The translations under genes and the position numbers were made by a program. Shown piece by piece: positions 28,168 to 37,209 of a DNA stretch of 57,986 nt. Under the pieces are notes generated by a model that ran no database searches, was not told the origin of the DNA, and was given only the letters and a program-made list of their open reading frames with translations. Every line of letters starts with the position of its first letter. Position 1 is the first letter of the stretch. Source of the stretch: Desulfobacteraceae bacterium (GTDB taxonomy: Bacteria > Desulfobacterota > Desulfobacteria > Desulfobacterales > JAABSP01); the NCBI GenBank assembly GCA_011390135.1, contig JAABSZ010000005.1:1-57986 (forward strand), given 5' to 3'.

Positions 28168-28740
28168 CTAAAACAGCTTCTTCATCAACCAGGCCATATT
28201 CTCCCCCAGTCTCCGCATGGTCCCCATCCCCTCCGCATCCTTTTCCACATCGCCCTTGTTCAAACCGAATCCCATATTCCAGTAGTCGGCTCCGGGAATG
28301 ATCATCTGGCTGATGGTGAAGAAGTGGTTGATGGAATCAAAGGCATGGATGCTGCCCCCTCTGCGGGCCACGACCACGGCTGCGCCCACCTTGCGTTTGA
28401 ACATGTCGCTGTTGGCCTTGGCCACCAGGCCGGAACGGTCGATCAAGGCCTTCAGCTCGGTGCTGATATCGGCAAAATAGGTGGGAGAGGCCAGAAGGAT
28501 TCCCTCTGCCGCAACCATCTTTTCAATGCACTCGTTGGCAAAGTCATTGGTGACCGCACACCGTTGATCTTTGTTCTCCATGCACTTGTAGCAGGCGATG
28601 CAGCCGTGGATCTTCTTTCCGGAGAGCTGGATGAATTCGGTTTCAATGCCGGCCTTTTCGATCTCGGCCAGGGCTGTTCTCACCATCGATGCGGTATTTC
28701 CGTCTTTGCGGGCACTGCCGCTGAATGCCACAACCTTCAT
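28168..28740 (-). CDS. Iron-sulfur flavoprotein / NADPH-dependent FMN reductase family protein
   Basis: MKVVAFSGSARKDGNT flavodoxin-like start plus the compact CIACYKCMENKDQRC (CX2CX2CX7C) motif typical of Isf proteins. AGGAGG RBS present. Confidence 0.8.
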   Translation of the reverse strand: MKVVAFSGSARKDGNTASMVRTALAEIEKAGIETEFIQLSGKKIHGCIACYKCMENKDQRCAVTNDFANECIEKMVAAEGILLASPTYFADISTELKALIDRSGLVAKANSDMFKRKVGAAVVVARRGGSIHAFDSINHFFTISQMIIPGADYWNMGFGLNKGDVEKDAEGMGTMRRLGENMAWLMKKLF

Positions 28741-28866
28741 GGATGTACCTCCTTTTTTTTTGGATTATTGTCCATCTTTTCACCGATAGATAACATGGCT
28801 GGCGCAGAACTTCAACCCATTGAGAAAATCCGGAGGAGGGTTATCAAACCGGAGGAGGGGCATGGA

Positions 28867-28901
28867 AAAGGTCTCCGGCATCAATTGCCGGAGACCTTTT
28901 T
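28867..28901. terminator. Bidirectional intrinsic terminator
   Basis: AAAA-GGTCTCCGGCA-tcaat-TGCCGGAGACC-TTTTT, an 11-bp perfect stem with A and T runs on both sides. It is downstream of the FmdB-like gene. Confidence 0.75.
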
Positions 28902-28988
28902 GCAGGCGAGACGCTTTTACAGGCGAGGCGCTGTCATTACCAGCACCGGAATGAACCCAAATCGTTTCCGCTGACAAAGGGTTCCGTG

Positions 28989-29243
28989 TTAGTGCGGTCC
29001 TTTCCCGCAGCAACTGCCGGGCCCCGCGCATCCGGCATGGCTCGGTGTGCTGCCGCAGCAGGCCGAATCCCCCGGCCCTGGCATACCCTGGCGGGTGCTG
29101 CCGGTCAGGGAAGAGGTCGCGGATAGCATCTTCTTGAGTTTGTCACTCCCGCAGGAAGTGCAGATCTGGGTCGAAGCCGATGATGTGACCAGGATCTCGC
29201 AGGTATTTCCGCACTCTGCACAGAGAAAATCGTAGAGCGGCAT
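28989..29243 (-). CDS. FmdB-family zinc-ribbon protein with Cys/Gly-rich tail
   Basis: MPLYDFLCAECGNTCEILV..CTSCGS is the FmdB regulatory zinc-ribbon pattern. AGGAGGG RBS present. Confidence 0.8.
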   Translation of the reverse strand: MPLYDFLCAECGNTCEILVTSSASTQICTSCGSDKLKKMLSATSSLTGSTRQGMPGPGDSACCGSTPSHAGCAGPGSCCGKGPH

Positions 29244-29264
29244 CTTTCCCTCCTTTGGGTTGCC

Positions 29265-29642
29265 CTAGTGGGCGCATTCTCCGCCGCTGTGGCCGGCGCA
29301 GGTATGTTCCGGATCGAATTTCGGCAGCTTTCCGGCTGCGATCAGTTCCAGATTCTCGGAAACGGTTCCCTCCACGGCCCGGTAGACCGAGACACCGCCA
29401 TTGTTGAGCTTCATGAGAGCCCCTCTTCCAATGCCGCCGGCCGCAATCGCGTCCGTCTTGACGCCGTTCAATGCGGCCATGGGATTGCACTGTCCGTGGG
29501 TATGATGGAGATCTTTATTGGTGATAGTCTCCGATGCCCGGGTCTCGGTCTCCACGATCACAAAAAAGGGGGCCGATCCGAAGTGGCTGAATACAGGGCT
29601 TTCCATGCCCTGGTCATTCTGTGTTGGAAATGCGATCTTCAT
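29265..29642 (-). CDS. NifX/NifB-C-terminal-like (dinitrogenase FeMo-cofactor biosynthesis domain, PF02579-type) protein
   Basis: MKIAFPT..SHFGSAPFFVIVETE..AIAAGGIG.GA...L...G..VY is the typical fold signature. AAGGAG RBS present. Confidence 0.75.
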   Translation of the reverse strand: MKIAFPTQNDQGMESPVFSHFGSAPFFVIVETETRASETITNKDLHHTHGQCNPMAALNGVKTDAIAAGGIGRGALMKLNNGGVSVYRAVEGTVSENLELIAAGKLPKFDPEHTCAGHSGGECAH

Positions 29643-29924
29643 AAGCTTCTCACTCCTTTGATAAAAATCTGATCTTCTTCTGTTCTGGTTTTGTTCTATA
29701 ACGCATTACGGGCTCCGATTCAAGGCTAAAAAGCATTCTCCCATAAAAAAAATCGGGCTCTTCCCGATTGAAACAAGTGAACCCGAAAGGAAGAACGGCC
29801 CGATTTTTGAGAGCCGTCACTATTGGCTTGAAATATAATGCGGCAGTGATATAAAGGCAAGGTGTATGCTGGAAGAATCTGTACAAAGTGGAAAAACCAG
29901 GATGTCGAAGAGGATGTGCCCAAG

Positions 29925-30185
29925 ATGAAAGCCAGAAAGGTTAAAAAAGAGCATGGGAAGGTGTTGGCCGAACTGGAGGAGAAGATTGCGCTTCAAGAAC
30001 GGGCGCTCGCGCTTCAGACCCGGCAGGCTGCGGAATACCGGGAGAAGAGCATGAAGCTGATCCACGAACTTCTGCGGGGGCTGGAGGCCATCAATGAGAA
30101 CAACTATCGGTTTCTCACTGACATCCTCTCGGAACGGGTCCGCTCGTTTTTGACCGAGGAAAAAGAATCGACGAAATCGGATTGA
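29925..30185 (+). CDS. Small coiled-coil protein, unknown function
   Basis: MKARKVKKEHGKVLAELEEKIALQERALALQ.. The start was chosen inside track ORF 29862..30185. The RBS is only moderate, so this is a weak call. Confidence 0.4.
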   Translation: MKARKVKKEHGKVLAELEEKIALQERALALQTRQAAEYREKSMKLIHELLRGLEAINENNYRFLTDILSERVRSFLTEEKESTKSD

Positions 30186-30335
30186 TTCCTTCCGGATCAT
30201 CCTTATGCTTATAGAGCCGGATTTTGAAAAGATGATCCGCACCGTATATTTTACCCATCTTATTTAACCCATCCAACAGGATCGCATGGGAAGGGCTTTA
30301 CCGCGCCCTGCGGTCGAAAATCAGGAGAAGAAATT

Positions 30336-31007
30336 ATGCCGATCGAAACCAGAGATGAATTCTGTGAGCGCGTCATGGCGATGGATAAGCCTTTATGCCC
30401 CCACTGCAGCCAGGAGATGAGCCTGTGGGAGGTGCCGCCCATCTCCTTCAGCGACGGCCTCGGCTGGGGAGTTCCCTATATCTTTGTCTGCTTCAATGAC
30501 GAGTGCTCCCTCTTTACCGAAGGGTGGTCCAACATGGAGGAGAACTTCGGGCAGACCGCCTCGTACCGGTGCATGTGCTATCCCGGGGAGGAGAAGTTCG
30601 AATGCATGCCGGTCTTCAGCCCCGAGGGTGCAAAGGGCCAGGTGATCGACGACCAAATCCTCATGCAGCAGGAGGTGCTGAAGGAGAACACCAAGCGGGG
30701 GTTTTCCGTGCTGGCGGAGTGCTATGTGCAGAAGGACGGGGTTACGGTCTTGAATATCCTGACTGATGGGGCCGAGCCCCCCAAGGTGCGGCTCAAGGCT
30801 GCGGAGATGATCGGCGACATCGGAGAGCTTGAGGCCATCGATCCGCTGCGCAATTTCAAGTTAGGCAATCCGCTGATCCAGGAGAAGGTGGAGGAATCCA
30901 TCAAAAAGATCCATGCCCGCTACTTCACCCGGGAGTGCCCCTTCTGCGCGGAGATCATCAAGCAGCAGGCCAAGGTCTGCAAACACTGCAGCAAAGAGCT
31001 GGAGTAG
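30336..31007 (+). CDS. Uncharacterised zinc-ribbon / HEAT-like / zinc-ribbon protein (paralogue A)
   Basis: CPHCSQEMSLWEVPP..GLGWGVPYIFVCFNDEC..ASYRCMCYP, then RLKAAEMIGDIGELEAIDPL (HEAT/PBS-lyase-like), then C-terminal CPFCAEIIKQQAKVCKHCSKE. AGGAG RBS present. About 55% identical to 56950..57627. Confidence 0.8.
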   Translation: MPIETRDEFCERVMAMDKPLCPHCSQEMSLWEVPPISFSDGLGWGVPYIFVCFNDECSLFTEGWSNMEENFGQTASYRCMCYPGEEKFECMPVFSPEGAKGQVIDDQILMQQEVLKENTKRGFSVLAECYVQKDGVTVLNILTDGAEPPKVRLKAAEMIGDIGELEAIDPLRNFKLGNPLIQEKVEESIKKIHARYFTRECPFCAEIIKQQAKVCKHCSKELE

Positions 31008-31015
31008 CTGACCTT

Positions 31016-34000
31016 CTAGTTCCTCTGGGCGCCGAGCATCTGCCGATGAAGCCGCTCGGCCCTGAGGCAGAAGGTCTCCAGTTTCGCGTTGACCAGTTGC
31101 GGAAAGGGCGATCCGTCGGTTTCGATGGCGAAAAAGGGCAGATCGTCGAAATGGGTCAGGGTGGCGCGAAGCCGATCATCCCCGGGATCGGTGGAGAGTT
31201 TCCGCTCCTTGACCATCGAGGTTGCCAGAATCGATTCCGACAGCCGGTTGGGCATACAGCCAAAAGGGCCGATAGCGATCACGCCGCAGACATCTGTTGC
31301 GATCTCCGCAAGGGATGCACCCACCGTCAGCACCGCCTCCCCTGTCAGATTCACGCCGATGTCCGGGCTGGCATTTTGGATGATCTTTTCGATATCCACG
31401 GGATGGAAATCGATCAATCCTGATTCGGCCAGAATCGACTTCAACCGCCGCTCACTTCTGGACATATACCGCTTTTTCAGAATGCCTTTGAGCGCCTTCA
31501 ACGGCGTGACCTTCCCCCCGCAGATCCCGTTGTAGTAGAGATAATCGCAGTAGAGCACCCACTCCGCGATGGGGGAACAGGTCACTGCAAACCCCTTCTC
31601 CGCAAGCTTTTCCGTGAGATACTGTCGGGAAAGGCCATCTCTTCTCACATAGATCTCTCCGGTGAGCGCAACCTTGGGAACCGCGTCCACGGGCCGGCTC
31701 AGAGGAATCTCCTTCAGGCGGGCAGCGGATTTCCTGGCAATGGCCGAGATCTCCTCAAAGCCGCCGTACTGAATGCCGAAGAGGATCTCCTCCCACTCCT
31801 GGTCCAGAAGCGAAACAGCGCCACCCGGATCGACAGCATTGGCCAGCAGCATCGCGCGCATGTCCTCCATCGCATCCGACAGAAGGACGGCCCACCAGGC
31901 CCGCCGCTCGAACGCGGCGCTCATCCCGGAGTAGGAGTCTTCTCCGCTCAAGGAGAAGAAGGCCACATCCGGGATCTGGTGCCGCTTGATCAGCTCCTGC
32001 ATGAAGATGGAGTACTGGCCGAAGCGGCAGGGGCCCGAGGCCGTGGCCATGAAATATACCAGCACCTCATCCGGCTTTTTCCGGTTCCGGATGAAGTCGA
32101 GGAGTCCTCCCGTGGTGAGCTGCAGCGGGAGGCACTCCTTGCAGGTGGTGTTGGCCCGGCCCAGCTTCAGCACGGCCTCATCCGCAGGGGCCAGATGCAC
32201 CGCATTGACCCCTTCCGCGCGGAAGACCGCGGTGATGGCCTCTGTGGAATAGCGGCCCATAGAGGGGGTGAGAAAGACCACCCGCGGGTCCGTAAAGGCC
32301 AGTTTCTCACCGGAGGAGGCGATCACCTTGATTCTGCCATCTTCCCGAACCGTCTCTGCCGGAACAAAGCCGTTCTCCCGGACCGGGGGAAGCCGGTCTG
32401 CGGCCTGCTGCTGCCGGTATGCGGCCACCACATCGAGAAATGCCTCGATTCTCGTCTCCAGACCCGCGTCCGCGGTGTGGCTGTCCAGCTCCAGGGTCAG
32501 GGCAGGCTTTCTGCCCATCAGATTTCTGAAATAGGTGATGATAAATGAGTCAGGGCCGCAGGAAAAGTTTGTGATATAGACCCCGAATAGCTGGGGATGG
32601 CGTTCGGCCAGGGCCGCGGCCTTCATGATGGTCTGCCCCAGGCCCCAGTACATGTGGCCCATGAGTGGTTCCTCTTCATAGGGAAGGAAATCCATGGGGA
32701 TCACCATCACCCCCCGGGAGGCGAGCTTTCTCGGGATGCCCATGTGGGCCTCCTCGGCAAAGCCGCTGTAAGGCCGGGCAAAGATCACGGCCGCGATCCG
32801 CTCCGGATCGGCCTCAAGCTCTGCCAGCGCCTCTTTTCCCATCCTCTTCATCCGTTCGACAGCCTCGGCCTGCGCGGCAATGGCCTTATCGACCGCGGCA
32901 TTGGCCTTTTGGGCATCCACCCCCATCTCGGCCGCAGCCGAAACCAAGGGCTTTCGGATCGTGTGCAGCCCCTTTGTCAGATCAATGAGGGGCGAGATCA
33001 CCGCAGTCCCAACTCCTTTTAACCGGTCCAGTTCCGCCTTGAAGGTGGTCTTGAGATAGAAGGTCTCCCCCTGCACAAGAGGACAGACCTGTGCGTTGCA
33101 ATCTTCAATCTGGGTGGGAACCGCCTTGAAATGGGGCAGGAAGAGATACTCGGGGGGGCTCTCTTCTGCGATCAGTGCATGGAAAAAGCCGTGGGCCAGC
33201 TCTGCGGGAAAGCAAAAAGGCGCGTTGCGCCGGTCAATACCCGCTTCGGAAGGCTCGTCCGGAATCACCGGTTCAAAGCCGATCTCGGAGAAGAAGGTCG
33301 CATACAGGGGAAAGTAGGTGTTGACCAGAAAGCTCCGGTTGAAGCCGATCCGGGGCCGCGGACTCTTCTCCGGAAGCTTTTCCGAAAGGATTTTCGGTAG
33401 GCTTTCCGGCTTTTTCGCCTCCGCTTCGAAGACGATCCGCTGGCGGGCCCCCACCAGATCGAGCTTGATGATGTCGTACCGGATGTTCCGGCGGAGGTTG
33501 TAATACCGATTGCATGCGCCGCCAAAGGGGTACTTCTTCCCTTCCAGGTCGATGACCGCGATCTCGCAGTGGCGGTCGCACCGCTCCTTTCCGCCCTTGC
33601 AGGTGAAGGATTTCCCGTACTTCACATCCCGGTCGATAAGGGTCTGCAGGTCGAAGCGTCCGGCCTCCATCAGCCCCGCGTCGATCCGCTTCTCCACTTC
33701 GAGTGCCACCCCGAACGCGCCCATCAGCCCCGGCTCCGGCGGCACCACAATGGGCTTTCCGAGGATCGAGGCCATGGCCAGGGGAACGGCCCGGTTGTAG
33801 CATACCCCGCCCTGCATGAAGATCTTCTCCCCCACGGGACGGTTCCCCTTGACCCGGTTGCAGTAGTTCATGGATATGGAGTAGACCAATCCTGCCACCA
33901 CGTCGTTCTGTCGCACCCCGTCATGGATCGCGGTCTTGATGTCCGAAGAGATGAAGGCCGCGCACTGGTCGTTGAAGTTGGGAGGACGCTCCCCTTTGAC

Positions 34001-35413
34001 CGCGATCTCCGCGATCCCCTCCATGGGAATGCCGAGGGTCTCCAGGGCCGACTCCTCCAGAAAGGAGCCCGTGCCGGCCGAGCAGGCCTCGTTCATGGCA
34101 TAGTCCGACGGAACCCCGTTGGTGATGTAGGTATATTTGGCATCCTGCCCCCCGATCTCCAGGATCGTATCCACCTCGGGATCAAAATAGACCGCTGCGG
34201 CCGCGTGCGCGATGATCTCGTTAATGACGCCGTCGGTGAGCCCGTGGAGCCCCGCGATCTGCCGCCCCGATCCGCAGACCCCCAGCCCGATGATTTCGAT
34301 CGTCTCCGGATCGATTTTCTCCTTCACCTGATCGAGGATGCTCCGGTAGCACTCCCGGGATGCCCCCACCGGGTTGCCGTTGGTCTTGAGATAGACCGAC
34401 GCGAGGATCGCACTCTCTTTCGTTCGCATCAGCACGGCCTTTGTGGTGGTGGAGCCGACATCGAGCCCCAGGATGCAGACGTCTCCTTCTGCGACCTCCC
34501 CTTTTGCGATATCCTTGAACGCGACCGCGTCCTCGAAGTCGGAGAGGCGGGGCAGAGTGTCGAAGGTGGCAGCGTCCGGCAGGAAGAGTTTTGCGCTGTC
34601 GTCCGAGGTAAAAGGCCGGGTCTCGTTGGTGAGAGCCCAGAGCGCTGCCCCGAGTGCCTCGAAATAGGGCGCCTCCGCGGGAACGATCAGCCCCGGGATC
34701 TCCTCTTCGAGATAGCGGACCATCACCGGGTTGCGCACCGTACCGCCGGTGATCATGACATTTCGCTTCTCCACATTCTTCAACAGCTCTAAAATCTTGT
34801 TGGACATCATCCGGCAGAGGCCCGCGGTGACCCGCTCGATGGGAACCCCTTTATTGGTTGCATGGGTGCAGTCCGACTTGCAGAAGACCGAACAGCGGCC
34901 CGAGAGCCGGTAGGGCGAATCGGTATCTGCAAGATCCCCCACAGCCTCCACCGGCACATTGAGGCGCCGGAGCTGCTGGAGAAAGAACTCTCCGGTTCCG
35001 GATGCGCACTTGTTTCCGGTAAGCACATTTGCGATCTGGCCTGCGCCGTTGAGAACATAGGCCATGAAGGTTTCCCCGCCGGCCGAGACCACGGCCGGGC
35101 AGTCCACCCCTTCGGGCTTCACATGGCGGTAGGCATACTCCACGGCCTCGGGCTCGGAGATCTGGGAGAGGTTGACAAAATGGCGGAACCGCCGGCCCGT
35201 GACCGCGATCCGGTCGAACTGATCCGGGTTGATCTCCGCGAGTGCGTCGCTCAGGGTCTGCCGGGGATCGCCGCCGTGGGGATGGAGGGAGTGGCGGATC
35301 ACCCGAGGCCTGCCCTCTGCGGAGGGTTCGGCTCCTGCAATCCAGGGCTGCGGGGTTTCCAGTTGTACGGTTGAAATGGTCGATGCGCCGATGCAAATAC
35401 CCAATACCTTCAT
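31016..35413 (-). CDS. Giant CoA-substrate-specific enzyme activase-type protein: two BcrAD/BadFG/HgdC-like ATPase domains plus two DUF2229-like domains
   Basis: 1465 aa. Domain 1 has GICIGASTIS..CASGTGEFF..CSVFCKSDCTH. Domain 2 has LGLDVGSTTTKAVL..ACSAGTGSFLE..QCAAFISSDI (ASKHA-fold activase motifs with cluster Cys). The remainder resembles the conserved C-terminal extensions of the ~1400-aa acyl-CoA dehydratase activase-related proteins. Confidence 0.85.
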   Translation of the reverse strand: MKVLGICIGASTISTVQLETPQPWIAGAEPSAEGRPRVIRHSLHPHGGDPRQTLSDALAEINPDQFDRIAVTGRRFRHFVNLSQISEPEAVEYAYRHVKPEGVDCPAVVSAGGETFMAYVLNGAGQIANVLTGNKCASGTGEFFLQQLRRLNVPVEAVGDLADTDSPYRLSGRCSVFCKSDCTHATNKGVPIERVTAGLCRMMSNKILELLKNVEKRNVMITGGTVRNPVMVRYLEEEIPGLIVPAEAPYFEALGAALWALTNETRPFTSDDSAKLFLPDAATFDTLPRLSDFEDAVAFKDIAKGEVAEGDVCILGLDVGSTTTKAVLMRTKESAILASVYLKTNGNPVGASRECYRSILDQVKEKIDPETIEIIGLGVCGSGRQIAGLHGLTDGVINEIIAHAAAAVYFDPEVDTILEIGGQDAKYTYITNGVPSDYAMNEACSAGTGSFLEESALETLGIPMEGIAEIAVKGERPPNFNDQCAAFISSDIKTAIHDGVRQNDVVAGLVYSISMNYCNRVKGNRPVGEKIFMQGGVCYNRAVPLAMASILGKPIVVPPEPGLMGAFGVALEVEKRIDAGLMEAGRFDLQTLIDRDVKYGKSFTCKGGKERCDRHCEIAVIDLEGKKYPFGGACNRYYNLRRNIRYDIIKLDLVGARQRIVFEAEAKKPESLPKILSEKLPEKSPRPRIGFNRSFLVNTYFPLYATFFSEIGFEPVIPDEPSEAGIDRRNAPFCFPAELAHGFFHALIAEESPPEYLFLPHFKAVPTQIEDCNAQVCPLVQGETFYLKTTFKAELDRLKGVGTAVISPLIDLTKGLHTIRKPLVSAAAEMGVDAQKANAAVDKAIAAQAEAVERMKRMGKEALAELEADPERIAAVIFARPYSGFAEEAHMGIPRKLASRGVMVIPMDFLPYEEEPLMGHMYWGLGQTIMKAAALAERHPQLFGVYITNFSCGPDSFIITYFRNLMGRKPALTLELDSHTADAGLETRIEAFLDVVAAYRQQQAADRLPPVRENGFVPAETVREDGRIKVIASSGEKLAFTDPRVVFLTPSMGRYSTEAITAVFRAEGVNAVHLAPADEAVLKLGRANTTCKECLPLQLTTGGLLDFIRNRKKPDEVLVYFMATASGPCRFGQYSIFMQELIKRHQIPDVAFFSLSGEDSYSGMSAAFERRAWWAVLLSDAMEDMRAMLLANAVDPGGAVSLLDQEWEEILFGIQYGGFEEISAIARKSAARLKEIPLSRPVDAVPKVALTGEIYVRRDGLSRQYLTEKLAEKGFAVTCSPIAEWVLYCDYLYYNGICGGKVTPLKALKGILKKRYMSRSERRLKSILAESGLIDFHPVDIEKIIQNASPDIGVNLTGEAVLTVGASLAEIATDVCGVIAIGPFGCMPNRLSESILATSMVKERKLSTDPGDDRLRATLTHFDDLPFFAIETDGSPFPQLVNAKLETFCLRAERLHRQMLGAQRN

Positions 35414-35666
35414 CTTCTTCCCCTCAGTACTCTCTTTCTTATCGATAATGGCTCACAGGGCCATTTCCTTTTTACAGGAGAGAACGGTTTCGTCCCATTC
35501 ATTTCTTCTTGGGCCTCTTCTCCCGATCCGCCGATCTTCTGAAGCCGGAAGACAGGAGGAGAGATTATAGCAGATTCGGGCGGATTCGTCTGTTAAAATC
35601 CGAGCCTCTGTGATAATATCACTCCTTTACCGGTTATGCATCCGAAAACTGAAATTTTGGGGCTTA

Positions 35667-37196
35667 ATGGAAAAAAGCAAAATCTACATCATCCTCGCCA
35701 CCCTCCTCGCGCTCTTTCTGGGGGCTCTGGACACCCTGATCATGTCGGCTGCAATGCCCACAATCATCGCGGATCTCGGGGGGCTCCATCTCTACAGTTG
35801 GGCGTTCTCCTCCTATATGCTGAGCCGGGCCGTCTCTCTGCCGATCTTCGGTAAACTCTGCGATCTTTTCGAAAACCGCATTCTCTACGGAATTGCCATC
35901 GGGATCTTCCTTTTGGGATCTGTCCTTTCGGGTACATCCACAAGCATGACCCAGCTCATCTTCTGGCGGACCATCCAGGGGATCGGCGCGGGGGGAAATT
36001 TCGCGCTGGCCTATATCGTTCTTTCAGACATCTCTCCGCCCGGAAAGCGGGGGAAGATGATGTCTCTGGCAAGCTTTGTCTGGGGGCTCGCGAGCGTGCT
36101 GGGGCCCACCATCGGCGGCCTGATCGTCACCTATGTCTCCTGGCGCTGGATCTTCTACATCAATCTGCCCCTGGGCGGCTTCTCCCTGGCCGGCATCCTC
36201 ATCTTTTTACAGGAAACCAGAGAAAAACGAAAGGCCGTAAGTCTCGATCTTCTTGGGGCTCTCACCCTTTCCGTATCGATCCTCTCCCTGCTGGGGGCTT
36301 TTCTGATGGGGGGACGGGAGGCCCGATGGCTCTCCCCGGAGATCATGGGTCTGGTGCTCCTCTTCCTCATCTCCTCCGCCTTCTTCTACATTGCGGAAAA
36401 GCGGGCACCGGAGCCGATTCTCCCCCTCCCCTTCTTCCGGATTCCGGGATTTTCTATGGGCAACCTCTGCGTCTTTTGCAGCAGCTTTGCCATCTTCCCC
36501 CTGTCGGCCTATATTCCGCTCTTCATCCAGGGGGCCATGGGAAAGAGCCCGGCGCAGCTCGGACTGGCCATGATCTCATTGAGCCTCGGATGGTCTTTGG
36601 GGGCACTGCTCTGCGGCCAGATCGTGGAGAGGACCGGAAACCGGGCGGCCGCACGATTCGGAGGACTCTGTCTGATGGGGGGATGCGGCATGACCCTTTT
36701 TTTCACCCCCGCCACATCCCTGATCCTCTGTTCCGCTGCTGTGGGCCTGGCCGGAACCGGGATGGGATTCATCTCCATCAGCACCCTGCTAATCGTTCAG
36801 GAGAGCATCGATGCCTCGAATCTCGGCGTGGCCACCTCCTCCCACCAGTTCACCCGGACCCTGGGTGGAACCGTGGGCATCGGGATCGCGGGCAGCTTTC
36901 TGACGGCCGCATTCATGAGAAGCATGGAGGGGATCATGGGCCGAGACTGGCGGGAAAAATTTCCCCCTCAACTGCAGGAGAAGATCGGCGGAAGCCTGGA
37001 GCATCTCTTCTCCCCGGAGATTCAGGAGGGGTTGAGCCAGACCGTACAGAACGCTCTCCGGACCGCGATGTCCCAAGGCATCCAAATTGTCTTCCGGGCC
37101 GCTTTCTGCGCTGCGATCCTCTGTCTTCTCTTTGGATGGCTGCTGCCGAAAGAGGTTCGAGATCCGAAAGCATCCACGCCAATCGGTAAACATTGA
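35667..37196 (+). CDS. MFS transporter, DHA2 (EmrB/QacA, 14-TMS) type
   Basis: LGALDTLIMSAAMPTI..DLGG, GKLCDLFENR, and many TM helices over ~510 aa. The start is set at MEKSKIY (35667). Confidence 0.85.
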   Translation: MEKSKIYIILATLLALFLGALDTLIMSAAMPTIIADLGGLHLYSWAFSSYMLSRAVSLPIFGKLCDLFENRILYGIAIGIFLLGSVLSGTSTSMTQLIFWRTIQGIGAGGNFALAYIVLSDISPPGKRGKMMSLASFVWGLASVLGPTIGGLIVTYVSWRWIFYINLPLGGFSLAGILIFLQETREKRKAVSLDLLGALTLSVSILSLLGAFLMGGREARWLSPEIMGLVLLFLISSAFFYIAEKRAPEPILPLPFFRIPGFSMGNLCVFCSSFAIFPLSAYIPLFIQGAMGKSPAQLGLAMISLSLGWSLGALLCGQIVERTGNRAAARFGGLCLMGGCGMTLFFTPATSLILCSAAVGLAGTGMGFISISTLLIVQESIDASNLGVATSSHQFTRTLGGTVGIGIAGSFLTAAFMRSMEGIMGRDWREKFPPQLQEKIGGSLEHLFSPEIQEGLSQTVQNALRTAMSQGIQIVFRAAFCAAILCLLFGWLLPKEVRDPKASTPIGKH

Positions 37197-37209
37197 AAGG
37201 AGAAAGATC

